Assembly: GCA_032372955.1 (NCBI GenBank)
Contig: GCA_032372955.1_4725.1
Reading direction: 5' to 3' (one strand)
Source of the DNA: Escherichia coli
GTDB taxonomy: Bacteria > Pseudomonadota > Gammaproteobacteria > Enterobacterales > Enterobacteriaceae
DNA: 64,000 nucleotides
Under the pieces are notes generated by a model. The model searched no databases. It saw only the letters and a program-made list of their open reading frames with translations, and had not been told where the DNA came from. Made by a program: the position numbers and the translations under genes. Positions 9,815 to 19,017 of this stretch are shown piece after piece. Positions within the stretch are counted from its first letter, which is position 1. Each line of letters begins with the position of its first letter.

Positions 9815-11401
9815 ATGCACATAGTGCCCGTCATTACGACGCAAGGAAAAGAAAAGCTGGATCACTATCTCATCAAACACCGTGATGGACGTACTGTGGA
9901 ATTTTCAGGTCAGGGTTACATCAAGATTGATGGGGATATGGCTAGCAATCAGATGCGGGAGATTAACAAGTATCTCGCCTGGATAGAACAAAAGAACCCA
10001 CGTCGAATTGACGACATCTTTGAAGGGTTCGTTAAAGCACGTGAAGCGATGGATAACTACATTGCTCCACAACAACAAATGGAGGAGTTGAGCCGCGCTG
10101 TTGGTGAAATTTACAAACCGGTTGTGTATGAAGAGATTCTGGCATTGTGTAATACCCCAGGTTGGGTAAAATTACCGCCGGACATGAAAACAACATTAGG
10201 TGAGGATGATATACCCGAGAAAACCTATTTACGAAATGATTACGTTGAGTTAACGGCGTTAGCGATCTACGTCCGTCTGATGGTGCCGATTTGGGCAGAG
10301 TTTCTGATTGACGCAGGGAAAACGTACGGGACGGTCCGTAAAGAAGAAGTGGCTATGTCGCTGATGTATAAAACACGCATTCATGATATCGCCGCTTACG
10401 ACCGACTGGAAGACTATATCCGCGCACAAACGGGTGATAAAAAGATCACGCTGTCGATGACCGTGGATTACATGTCGACGGAGAAAGTACCCGGTTGGTT
10501 GCGTTCACAAGCCATCGTTCGTCGTCTCGCTGTACGCGATTTGGACCAAGCTGTACAGCCTGTCGTTAAAGATGGGGTGTTGGTGAGTTGTACGCATCTG
10601 GTAACGTTAATCTTTAGCTATGTGAATAACCTTTGTACGGAACGACGTTTCAGTGGACCGATTCGTGAGAAAACCCCACGAGGAAACGCGCAAGATGAAG
10701 ACAGTCAAGGCGTGATCGATGCGTTGATGGTGAAAGATAAACGTTCACCGCGTGTACTCATTCTTGACATCGCCTATCTTACCCAGATGGAACGTGTGTT
10801 GCACGACGTCGACGAAACGGCACCTTACGGTAAAGTTGAAGACATGTATGCGCGTATCGCAAAACGTTACGATGGATACACGTACGCTAAACACGATGAC
10901 ACCGTTGAGTTAAAACCAATCAACCGCGGATGCCGAGCACTGGCACAATGGTTGCTTGATAGCCATCTTCCGGCGAGAAGTCTGGCACCGATTGAAGCCG
11001 TGCATCAGGCAAAAGCGTTAGCCATCGCAGCGTGCTTGTTAGACCATTGGGGTTTTCCTCAACTGGCCGCGCTGACCGTAGGTATCCAGGTTAAACGCGA
11101 CGATGTTTATCAGATTATCCACCAATTAAAACCACAGGAGATCATTACTGTCAATAAATTGTATCCACACGCCATGTATGAAGATGAACGTACAACTTTA
11201 CCGGTTGTCGGTATTAACATGGTGGCCGATGCGTTTTGTGAATGGGACTGGGATGTTTCAGCAGCAGGCCCGGAAATCCTTGAGAAAGTCCCAGCTGACC
11301 GTAAAGGATTGATGCTTTGTCCAGCAGATATCCGTCAGCAGCTTGTGCAATTAGTTGTTCGATTAAATGAACACGTAGTAAATTTAAGAGGAAAAAAATA
11401 A
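9815..11401 (+). CDS. hypothetical protein
   Basis: ORF track frame; start moved to ATG 9815 with RBS AAAGAGG; upstream part of track ORF overlaps promoter region. Confidence 0.6.
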   Translation: MHIVPVITTQGKEKLDHYLIKHRDGRTVEFSGQGYIKIDGDMASNQMREINKYLAWIEQKNPRRIDDIFEGFVKAREAMDNYIAPQQQMEELSRAVGEIYKPVVYEEILALCNTPGWVKLPPDMKTTLGEDDIPEKTYLRNDYVELTALAIYVRLMVPIWAEFLIDAGKTYGTVRKEEVAMSLMYKTRIHDIAAYDRLEDYIRAQTGDKKITLSMTVDYMSTEKVPGWLRSQAIVRRLAVRDLDQAVQPVVKDGVLVSCTHLVTLIFSYVNNLCTERRFSGPIREKTPRGNAQDEDSQGVIDALMVKDKRSPRVLILDIAYLTQMERVLHDVDETAPYGKVEDMYARIAKRYDGYTYAKHDDTVELKPINRGCRALAQWLLDSHLPARSLAPIEAVHQAKALAIAACLLDHWGFPQLAALTVGIQVKRDDVYQIIHQLKPQEIITVNKLYPHAMYEDERTTLPVVGINMVADAFCEWDWDVSAAGPEILEKVPADRKGLMLCPADIRQQLVQLVVRLNEHVVNLRGKK

Positions 11402-11402
11402 A

Positions 11403-12989
11403 ATGATCCCGATGAATGTTCGTGAAATCCTGATGGTTGAAACCGCACCGTACAACAACGTACAACGTCGTCCACTACGATTCCACGCAGATAGCATGCG
11501 TAGCATCGAAGACTTTATTAACACGACGCGGTTCGGTACGGCAACAACACCATCAGCAATCAATAAGCTTGCAACCGGGTTGTTGCAGCAGTCTGCAGAA
11601 CCTGAGGGGGTTTCGGAGATTGCGAATGGTTGGGGCACACGCCGTTTCCATTTCATGATGGCTGTAGAAGAATCCTTGGCTCTCGCACCAGGAACCAAGC
11701 GTGTCCATTACATTTCTGGATACACCGACCATTCTGTAAGCCTTGATGCGTTTACAACGCGTGCTATCGATCTGCCGAATGAACTGGTGTTCTTCTTCAC
11801 GAATGTAATCCAGGTAACCGAAACAACCACAACGGATATGTTCGGTAAGCAAATCGTTCGTGCAACCCCGATGGATGCAACGAACCTGTTGACTGGTGCA
11901 TACGACCCCGTTAATCGCGATGTTCAGTTCAGTACTCGTGTTCAGGATACGCTGACTTATGCATCGACCGCACGTTGGGTAGGCAATGGTGGTTTTGATA
12001 ACCAGTTCATGGACCCAGCGATGCAGAACGTGATGCAGCAGTTCGATCCCGCCTACGCTGACGTGGTTCATCGTACATCCTACCCACCGCAGCCGGAACC
12101 GGTTTTCCGTGGTGTGGAGGCAGCAATGTGTTTCGCAACGGAGAAAATCAAACCAGCTAGTGCCGATACGAACATCCCAACCATCTATCTAAGAAAAGCC
12201 TTCGATAATGTTGGGGCTATTCGTCAAACGTACGAAAGCGGGTCTCATCCAGGTAGCGCAGAGAACGAGGATATTTACGTAGAAGCCGCTCAAGCTGTTC
12301 GTGAAGAACCGTTGGTTGCGCATCCAGTATTCGGTGCGATTATGCGTGATGAAGGATTCGCTTTCAGCGGTAGCCTGAGTTGGGCTGACATGAAACGGAT
12401 GTTCGGTGAACATATCCGTGACGTCTTAACGTTATTCCCGTATGTGGAAGCCCGTCGCGGTACATCAGCAACCACCGAGTTTGGTTGGATGCCGACCGAC
12501 AGCCAGAGCTGGGATGTGATCGATTATCCAACGCTGTATTGTTCATCGCTTGCTGCAATGATGCCTGCTGCCATGACGTATCGCATGTTGGAATCGTTCC
12601 GTTTCATTGCTGACAACCACGGTCACCCAGAACTCGGTATCATGCCAGGTCAATGGGCGGTTGCGGTTACCGACGCCGTACCGTTCATTAAAGGATACGA
12701 TTGTAACCGTGCTGCTGAACAAATGCGTTCTGACATGATTACCAATATCCTACCCTCCATGTTGGGCAACAACCCGAATGCGGTTATGGTGAGCGGCGCG
12801 ATTAACCTGTTCCTGGACAGCCAGTTCAAGATCAGCGTTGACGGTTCTGCACCGATTCCGTACACCATGCCGAACATCAACCCATCCGCATACAGCCCGC
12901 TGCTCAACCGTAGCCAGCAGGAGGTGTATAAGCTGAGCGTTGATTTGTTTAACCTGGTGGATGCGGTAACTACCAAAGGCAACTTCTAA
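11403..12989 (+). CDS. hypothetical protein
   Basis: ORF track; tightly coupled to upstream gene. Confidence 0.65.
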   Translation: MIPMNVREILMVETAPYNNVQRRPLRFHADSMRSIEDFINTTRFGTATTPSAINKLATGLLQQSAEPEGVSEIANGWGTRRFHFMMAVEESLALAPGTKRVHYISGYTDHSVSLDAFTTRAIDLPNELVFFFTNVIQVTETTTTDMFGKQIVRATPMDATNLLTGAYDPVNRDVQFSTRVQDTLTYASTARWVGNGGFDNQFMDPAMQNVMQQFDPAYADVVHRTSYPPQPEPVFRGVEAAMCFATEKIKPASADTNIPTIYLRKAFDNVGAIRQTYESGSHPGSAENEDIYVEAAQAVREEPLVAHPVFGAIMRDEGFAFSGSLSWADMKRMFGEHIRDVLTLFPYVEARRGTSATTEFGWMPTDSQSWDVIDYPTLYCSSLAAMMPAAMTYRMLESFRFIADNHGHPELGIMPGQWAVAVTDAVPFIKGYDCNRAAEQMRSDMITNILPSMLGNNPNAVMVSGAINLFLDSQFKISVDGSAPIPYTMPNINPSAYSPLLNRSQQEVYKLSVDLFNLVDAVTTKGNF

Positions 12990-12995
12990 TCCATA

Positions 12996-13018
12996 GGTCC
13001 CCTGTTGTAGGGGGGACC
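12996..13018 (+). terminator. GC-rich stem-loop
   Basis: GGTCCCC / GGGGACC inverted repeat 7 nt after stop. Confidence 0.4.
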
Positions 13019-13045
13019 GTTGACGTAAAGAAAAGGAAATACAAT

Positions 13046-14326
13046 ATGTCGAAGCTTATCGAAGCTTATCGCAAAGCACTACAGAGCGTTAACTATTTTG
13101 AGAATGACGCCCACGAATTAGAATATCGTTTTACGGATGGGGATGGTAAAGTTGTTGCGGTTGCCGCTACCGTGGAAAGCATGCCGCTGCTGATGCCGGT
13201 TTCCGAAGTTCGTACCGGAAATCAGCTGGCTGAACGTGTGCTGTTCCATCCGCTAAGTGAAGACGTGATGAACGGCGAATCGGAAGTACTTCAGTTCCTG
13301 CGTCGTGCGATGGTTGTTCGTTTTAATGCCACGCTATGCTCCATGCTGATTTGGATGGTTGAAACCGCAATCAATCCTAAAGAAGCAAAACGTTTCGGAC
13401 CGAAGCAAAAAGAGTTCTTCAACATCCTTGCGGACGCCAGCGATAAAACATTAACGACCCTGGGCAAACTGGTCACCGTTTGGCTGAAACGTGACACACC
13501 GTATACGCTGTCCAAAATTTATCTTCGTCGTACTGGTGCAACCTACATGGGTAAGAAGATGACCCGTGTTGCGGTCGTTACTTTCCCGTTCATGGAAGAA
13601 GAACACATCAGCACGAAAGATAAGAAAACGTACTGGTGTGGTGTTGAGATTTCCAAGAAAGATCTTAACATGCTGAGAAACCTGGTTGAGTACGTTATCC
13701 CGCACGCGGGCGAAGTAAGTGAAACGTACAATGCTGGGTCAAGCGATCCTCATGCTCCGTATTTCGATTGTCTTATCCACAGCTTCGCTAAGCTGATGGA
13801 ACCGCTGAACCATCTCATCAAACTGTTTGGTGATAAGTACGACGGTAAAGAGAACGGTTATTGTGATGTTACCTGGGTCGAGGATTTTGAACCGATCAAT
13901 CAACATCGTGGTCAGATTCCGCCAGCGAAATACAACATGGGTGTAACGCTGAACAGTCGTCCACAGCCGACGGTTAAGCCAAACCCATCAGCAGCTGCAC
14001 ATGAAGGTATGCAACCGCGTCCTGCTTCAACAGGCAGTGTGATCGATAACCTGTTGGGTAAAACCGCACCTGTCCAACCTAATCAGTGGGAAAGTGGTGG
14101 TAACCAACCGGCAGGTAATAGTACGTTTGATGCGTTGATGAACCGTGTTGCGGAACGTAACGGTACGATGTTCAATAATGCTGCTTGGCCAGGCATGGGC
14201 ATGCAACCTGCTGGGTGGGGGATGCCGCCAGCACCGCAGTCGCCAAACGGTTTACGTCGTCGTGCTGAGATGGAACGTAACAACATCCTGAGCGCGTGGA
14301 CAGGACATACTGTAAATCGTTTCTGA
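13046..14326 (+). CDS. hypothetical protein with low-complexity Q/P/G/N-rich C-terminal region
   Basis: ORF track; RBS AAAAGGAAA upstream. Confidence 0.65.
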   Translation: MSKLIEAYRKALQSVNYFENDAHELEYRFTDGDGKVVAVAATVESMPLLMPVSEVRTGNQLAERVLFHPLSEDVMNGESEVLQFLRRAMVVRFNATLCSMLIWMVETAINPKEAKRFGPKQKEFFNILADASDKTLTTLGKLVTVWLKRDTPYTLSKIYLRRTGATYMGKKMTRVAVVTFPFMEEEHISTKDKKTYWCGVEISKKDLNMLRNLVEYVIPHAGEVSETYNAGSSDPHAPYFDCLIHSFAKLMEPLNHLIKLFGDKYDGKENGYCDVTWVEDFEPINQHRGQIPPAKYNMGVTLNSRPQPTVKPNPSAAAHEGMQPRPASTGSVIDNLLGKTAPVQPNQWESGGNQPAGNSTFDALMNRVAERNGTMFNNAAWPGMGMQPAGWGMPPAPQSPNGLRRRAEMERNNILSAWTGHTVNRF

Positions 14327-14357
14327 TGTATTAAGTCATCGAACGACGGCATAAATG

Positions 14358-14386
14358 CCCTCCCTACGCTTTACGCTGTGGGAGGG
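14358..14386. terminator. bidirectional stem-loop between convergent genes
   Basis: CCCTCCC / GGGAGGG between plus-strand stop 14326 and minus-strand stop 14392. Confidence 0.45.
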
Positions 14387-14391
14387 TTATC

Positions 14392-14745
14392 TTAAGCGCT
14401 GTAGTGGATTGTGCGGTACTGTTGTTTTAATGTGTTGATTGCGCTTGTATCGACAATCTTCATGGTTAGAACATCGGCGGTGTATTCCGTAGGGTCGCGA
14501 TAACCATTGAGTCTCATGGTTATCCAGTGCATTGGTTCACTGCCCTCACCGAGCAGAACACGGCACAATCCATAAAAGTTACCATCGAATTCGTAGGCGC
14601 GTTCGGGTGGTATGTCTATCGTAGAGACCAGTCCGGCATTTTTGAAATATTCCAGATGCATCTCAACAACGTTCCTGAAATCAAGATCGTGGATGAGGTC
14701 ATCGGGGTTTGTCTTAAGAAAGTCGTTCAGGGGCGTGTTAGACAT
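14392..14745 (-). CDS. hypothetical acidic protein (reverse strand)
   Basis: ORF track; start set to second Met with RBS GAGG. Confidence 0.55.
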   Translation of the reverse strand: MSNTPLNDFLKTNPDDLIHDLDFRNVVEMHLEYFKNAGLVSTIDIPPERAYEFDGNFYGLCRVLLGEGSEPMHWITMRLNGYRDPTEYTADVLTMKIVDTSAINTLKQQYRTIHYSA

Positions 14746-14776
14746 GACGTACCTCAATTCGATAATAGGAAGTCCT

Positions 14777-16945
14777 ATGCATTATAAAGAAAAACCTCTT
14801 TATGAATCTGTGAAGCAGGCAATCGCTGAAGGTAAAATCATTCCCATTAAACAGGAGTATACTGGCGTAGGGACTGGACTTAACGGGCTACTGCATTATA
14901 ACTCAGCACAGCGCGCTGCGATGTTTGGTGGACATCTTAGCCAAGCGTTGGTTATCAAAGATGCGAAACCGTCCCGACTGACGACGGGGATCGAATACCA
15001 GTACGGACAGAACACGTGGTCAGTAGAGTTTCCAGTCGAATCTCGCATCATAGATATCATCCCACGTTTCCAACCGGGGCATACAGCAAACAGCATCAAA
15101 ACAAACACGATGCATTACGTGCTGTATGAAAACCAAGAGGATGGTAACCGTCACGAGCTACGCTTGCTTGAAGTGCCTGAGCATCACATCATGCATCAGC
15201 AGTACGGTTTCCGTTTTCGACCAACCAACTTGTTCCATTCCCTTCGTCGAGGCCAGATCGTACCGCGATATTCTCGTTTGATGGAAAGCCCAGCGATCAA
15301 TCAAGAAACGCGCGAGTGGGGTTACGGTCGCGATTGCAAAGTGTGTTTCGGTAGCTTCTATCAATGTATCGAGGATGGTGGTGTTGCCCGTCGTGGTGTA
15401 TTGAAGCATTTCACCAGTACCGGCATTGAGAAGCGAACGATCACATCAGGTAAATCACGATACCCAATCAATCTCTACGGTGATGATGAGGTATATCAAG
15501 CAATACCCGAGAACGGTGAGCGTATTCGTAAGGATGGGTTGCTTGCCGCAACACGCGAAATCGATCCTATCCTTAGCGTTGTTGACATGATGACGTGTAA
15601 CCTTCAGCGTGTGGATTATGTTTACGACGATCTCACTTACGCTGAACCGAATGCGCGTGTAACGGATATCGATGTTGTCAGTGATCGACATCGTCGTTCT
15701 GGACGTCAAGCCCGCGAGCGTGCGATTATGATGGAAGAGAAGATGCGTCCTCCGTATCGTCAATTCCTGAAATACGAGAACGCAATCGGTTTGCTTTACA
15801 CCCGAATTCAGGATGCTGTTCGTAAGTACGAACGTGAACGCGTTGGTACGTCGATACGTCATCATCAAACGGTGATGTGGTGGTTGAACCTGGCTGATGC
15901 TGAACACGGTATTGATATCCGCAATCCTAACGGACAGCTACGTCATGTGTTACCAACCCGCGATTACCGTAAAGAGAATCTCGATGATTGGCGTGTGACC
16001 ATCACGTACACGTATGACGTTGTTCCAGGTATCGGGTTTAAATTCACCGGTATGGCGGGTGATAAATTCGTTGTAACCGACATCATGGAAGACGATGAAA
16101 TGCCGGTTGACCAATGGGGTAACGTTGCGGACTTCATGTTCGACGATAGTACGGTAATCAAAAGGATGAGTTTAAGTCGTGTTAACGCACCGTACATCAA
16201 CGGCGTTGGCGATCAGATCATGCGTGAACTGAAACCGGTGATGGATGCAGGCGATCTGGAGACCGCTTGGAACACACTGATGCGCTACTACTATATCGTC
16301 AGTCCTGAATTCGTGGAACAGGTTGTTGAAAAATACTGTATCACGGATGAGGATAAATGGGATCATTTACGGTACGTACAACGCCACGGTACGGAAGTTT
16401 ATATCCCGACGGACAGTATCGCAGCCGGTTCAGAACGTATGGAGAATCTGATTCGTGAGTTCCCGTTGAAGAAAGGTCCTGTACGGTATCGTGGACGTTC
16501 TGGGCAATGGCGGACAACCAAGAACGATATTGCGATCGGCGACACGTACATCATGATGTTGGAGAAGACGGCGAACGACTGGTCAGCTGTGGGTATTCCT
16601 AAACTGCAAGCGCACGGATTACCGTCGAAACTCAGTAATAGCGATAAATACAGTTCTCCGGGTAAAGAGCAACCGACTCGTTACTGTGGTGAATCTGAAC
16701 ATCGTGAAGTTACCGCCTTTGCTGGCGGATGGTTCGCAAGCGTCTTTATGGATTATGCGAACAATCCAAAACAGGTGGATAGCATCACTGAAAGCATCTA
16801 CGCGACCGATAAGCCGTCAGCGATTCCTATTGCGACCAACTTCGAGAAGTATCCCATTGGCGGTAACCGTGCGTTGAGGATTCTGTATCATCAGCTGAAC
16901 GTTGCTGGCGGACAAATCATCGACGCAGATGACTGCGAAAGCTAA
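14777..16945 (+). CDS. RNA polymerase beta-like subunit, C-terminal part
   Basis: SAQRAAMFGGHLSQA resembles beta RAMMGANMQRQAVP; GMAGDKFVVTDIMEDDEMPVDQWGN resembles GDKMAGRHGNKG...EDMPYDENG; start moved to ATG 14777. Confidence 0.6.
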   Translation: MHYKEKPLYESVKQAIAEGKIIPIKQEYTGVGTGLNGLLHYNSAQRAAMFGGHLSQALVIKDAKPSRLTTGIEYQYGQNTWSVEFPVESRIIDIIPRFQPGHTANSIKTNTMHYVLYENQEDGNRHELRLLEVPEHHIMHQQYGFRFRPTNLFHSLRRGQIVPRYSRLMESPAINQETREWGYGRDCKVCFGSFYQCIEDGGVARRGVLKHFTSTGIEKRTITSGKSRYPINLYGDDEVYQAIPENGERIRKDGLLAATREIDPILSVVDMMTCNLQRVDYVYDDLTYAEPNARVTDIDVVSDRHRRSGRQARERAIMMEEKMRPPYRQFLKYENAIGLLYTRIQDAVRKYERERVGTSIRHHQTVMWWLNLADAEHGIDIRNPNGQLRHVLPTRDYRKENLDDWRVTITYTYDVVPGIGFKFTGMAGDKFVVTDIMEDDEMPVDQWGNVADFMFDDSTVIKRMSLSRVNAPYINGVGDQIMRELKPVMDAGDLETAWNTLMRYYYIVSPEFVEQVVEKYCITDEDKWDHLRYVQRHGTEVYIPTDSIAAGSERMENLIREFPLKKGPVRYRGRSGQWRTTKNDIAIGDTYIMMLEKTANDWSAVGIPKLQAHGLPSKLSNSDKYSSPGKEQPTRYCGESEHREVTAFAGGWFASVFMDYANNPKQVDSITESIYATDKPSAIPIATNFEKYPIGGNRALRILYHQLNVAGGQIIDADDCES

Positions 16946-16956
16946 CGAGGTATACG

Positions 16957-17367
16957 ATGGATCATTCGGATAGCGTGATAGCAATGATTACGCCACATCT
17001 GTTGCGCAACCTTCCAGCACCGAACGTCAAAACGAAGAATCATAATCGTCTTCTTGGATTATATCGAGACTGGCGGGATTCTGAAGGATTGACACGGATC
17101 GCGAACATCGATGCGGCTTATGATGCATTTCGTGACGAACACGATGAAAACGGCAATCTTAAGCCCATTGCAGCGCAGTTACGTAAAGATGTCGGTGATG
17201 ATGAAGTTCGCGATCTCCGCATCTGCGAAGAGGTTGCTACGAAGACCGCTCGGGGGTTAATGTTGCTGGAACTCTTCGGTGAACAAGGCCGTACCGAATT
17301 GCAGTCTGAACTTATCGCTTGCTTCGAAGACACGTTGTTAGAATTTAAAGATCGTCCTCCTTTCTGA
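16957..17367 (+). CDS. hypothetical protein
   Basis: ORF track. Confidence 0.65.
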   Translation: MDHSDSVIAMITPHLLRNLPAPNVKTKNHNRLLGLYRDWRDSEGLTRIANIDAAYDAFRDEHDENGNLKPIAAQLRKDVGDDEVRDLRICEEVATKTARGLMLLELFGEQGRTELQSELIACFEDTLLEFKDRPPF

Positions 17368-17378
17368 TGCATATTACG

Positions 17379-17419
17379 CCTCCTCCTGCCCATGTGGTGG
17401 GAGGAGGATGTTTATGCTG
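17379..17419 (+). promoter_or_regulatory. GC-rich hairpin followed by TTTATGCTG
   Basis: CCTCCTCC / GGAGGAGG stem then ATGTTTATGCTG. Confidence 0.45.
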
Positions 17420-17485
17420 ATTAAAGGGACGGTTTATTTTAACTGCTTAACACTAGAATGTGAAGACTTAAAGAGGATCCCTGGT

Positions 17486-17833
17486 ATGAGTGATAACGAA
17501 AATCGTTCCGTAGCAGTGAACTACGTCAACAATTTAATCTTGCAAGAACTTACTCGTGATGCAGTAAGGGCATCAAATAAGCTAGGTTTTATCAACCACC
17601 ACGGACACATCATCGACATTAACAATCCTGACTGCCAGATCGTCGACATACGCAGCCAGGTCGAACACGTCGCTAACGTCATGGTTAAAGCTGAATACTG
17701 GCTGGAAACCATGAAAGAGCATGTTATCCAACCCCAACAATTAGATATCGACGTTGATGAAATTATTGAACAAGTTGAAGAGTCGTTCAATGAACTTGTC
17801 AACCACCGTATCGAAAAAGTTTTAAAGTTTTAA
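17486..17833 (+). CDS. hypothetical protein
   Basis: ORF track frame; start moved to ATG 17486 with RBS AGAGGA. Confidence 0.6.
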   Translation: MSDNENRSVAVNYVNNLILQELTRDAVRASNKLGFINHHGHIIDINNPDCQIVDIRSQVEHVANVMVKAEYWLETMKEHVIQPQQLDIDVDEIIEQVEESFNELVNHRIEKVLKF

Positions 17834-17866
17834 ACGATTGCTAACATTCACCTGAGGAAAAACATA

Positions 17867-18229
17867 ATGAACTTAATTCGCAAATTAACACTGCAAGAAC
17901 TGGCCCGTCCAATCGGTATTGAGGCAGCACTGCATGATGAAGATAGCAATGCGCTACAAGTCGCCGTGTTTACAGCAACCACGAACTACGCTGTTGATGT
18001 AGGTACCATTGAACCCGTACGTAGTTTTGAAGAAGATGCAACCGTTATTGATACCGTTGCTCAAAACGTCGCACAGGGTTTGGTTGTACTTGACCTGGCT
18101 GGTGATGCTGGTGAAGAAGCACTGCGCGAAGCGATGGCTGATTACGCAGCTAACTGGGATACCACCGTCACAATGAAAACATTCGATGGTTCTGAAGAGG
18201 AAGATACGGAAGAAGACAGCGTAGAATAA
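17867..18229 (+). CDS. hypothetical acidic protein
   Basis: ORF track; RBS GAGGAAAAAC upstream. Confidence 0.65.
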   Translation: MNLIRKLTLQELARPIGIEAALHDEDSNALQVAVFTATTNYAVDVGTIEPVRSFEEDATVIDTVAQNVAQGLVVLDLAGDAGEEALREAMADYAANWDTTVTMKTFDGSEEEDTEEDSVE

Positions 18230-18243
18230 TAAACACGAATAAC

Positions 18244-18280
18244 CCTCCCTCTCCCATGCGGAGGTGGGAGGGAATTATGT
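18244..18280 (+). promoter_or_regulatory. GC-rich hairpin followed by AATTATGTCG and T-rich tract
   Basis: CCCTCCCTCTCC / GAGGTGGGAGGG stem. Confidence 0.45.
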
Positions 18281-18386
18281 CGTTGTTTTTATTTTCCGTT
18301 ATTTCTGACGGAAATAAAGCAATATATGCAAAGGCAACGTATATCCAACATGTCATCTATTTCTACGTAGAAGAGGAAATGAGATT

Positions 18387-18872
18387 ATGGAGATAGCACA
18401 CGCCAACATATACGGCGATGGGTTAACGGTATATGAAGAAACATGGGCGAATGAACGAATTGTTTGGCTTAACGGATTCAATGTCAAAACGATCGAGGAT
18501 CCTTCGTTAGGCGTCGCATATACGTATCCTGTCGATACCTTAGAACAGCTATTTCAGGATATTCGTAACGACCTCATTGAAGTGGAGGGTGTGGATGGAA
18601 CGGTTTATGGCCGAGTCGATAAGTTCGGACGTGACCTTCGAGGCGATCATCCAAACATCATTTCTATTGGTGTTTATCCGTATTCGACATTCCCGTTTGT
18701 TGATGGCGTTTATGTTATCCGACCAAAGTTGGTTGGTGAAGAAAACGTATACCGTAACGATAAAGGATTGCGTGTGACCGAAGTGAGACAGATAAAGGGC
18801 TTCATTCTCACGGTTGTTTCGGATATATCAGACGCTATGGATCCGTACGCTCTACGACAGAAAGCCGGGTAA
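18387..18872 (+). CDS. hypothetical protein
   Basis: ORF track; RBS AGAGGAAA upstream. Confidence 0.65.
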   Translation: MEIAHANIYGDGLTVYEETWANERIVWLNGFNVKTIEDPSLGVAYTYPVDTLEQLFQDIRNDLIEVEGVDGTVYGRVDKFGRDLRGDHPNIISIGVYPYSTFPFVDGVYVIRPKLVGEENVYRNDKGLRVTEVRQIKGFILTVVSDISDAMDPYALRQKAG

Positions 18873-19017
18873 TGTCGCCGACTTTTACTCCGGCAGTGGA
18901 GATATATTAACACCTACATAACCTAAGAGAAGGGATTCCCGATGCTATCATGGCGATAGTAAATTCCAACGGAATTGGTAAACCGTATGATAAAACCATT
19001 TAAATCGGAAAGTAATA

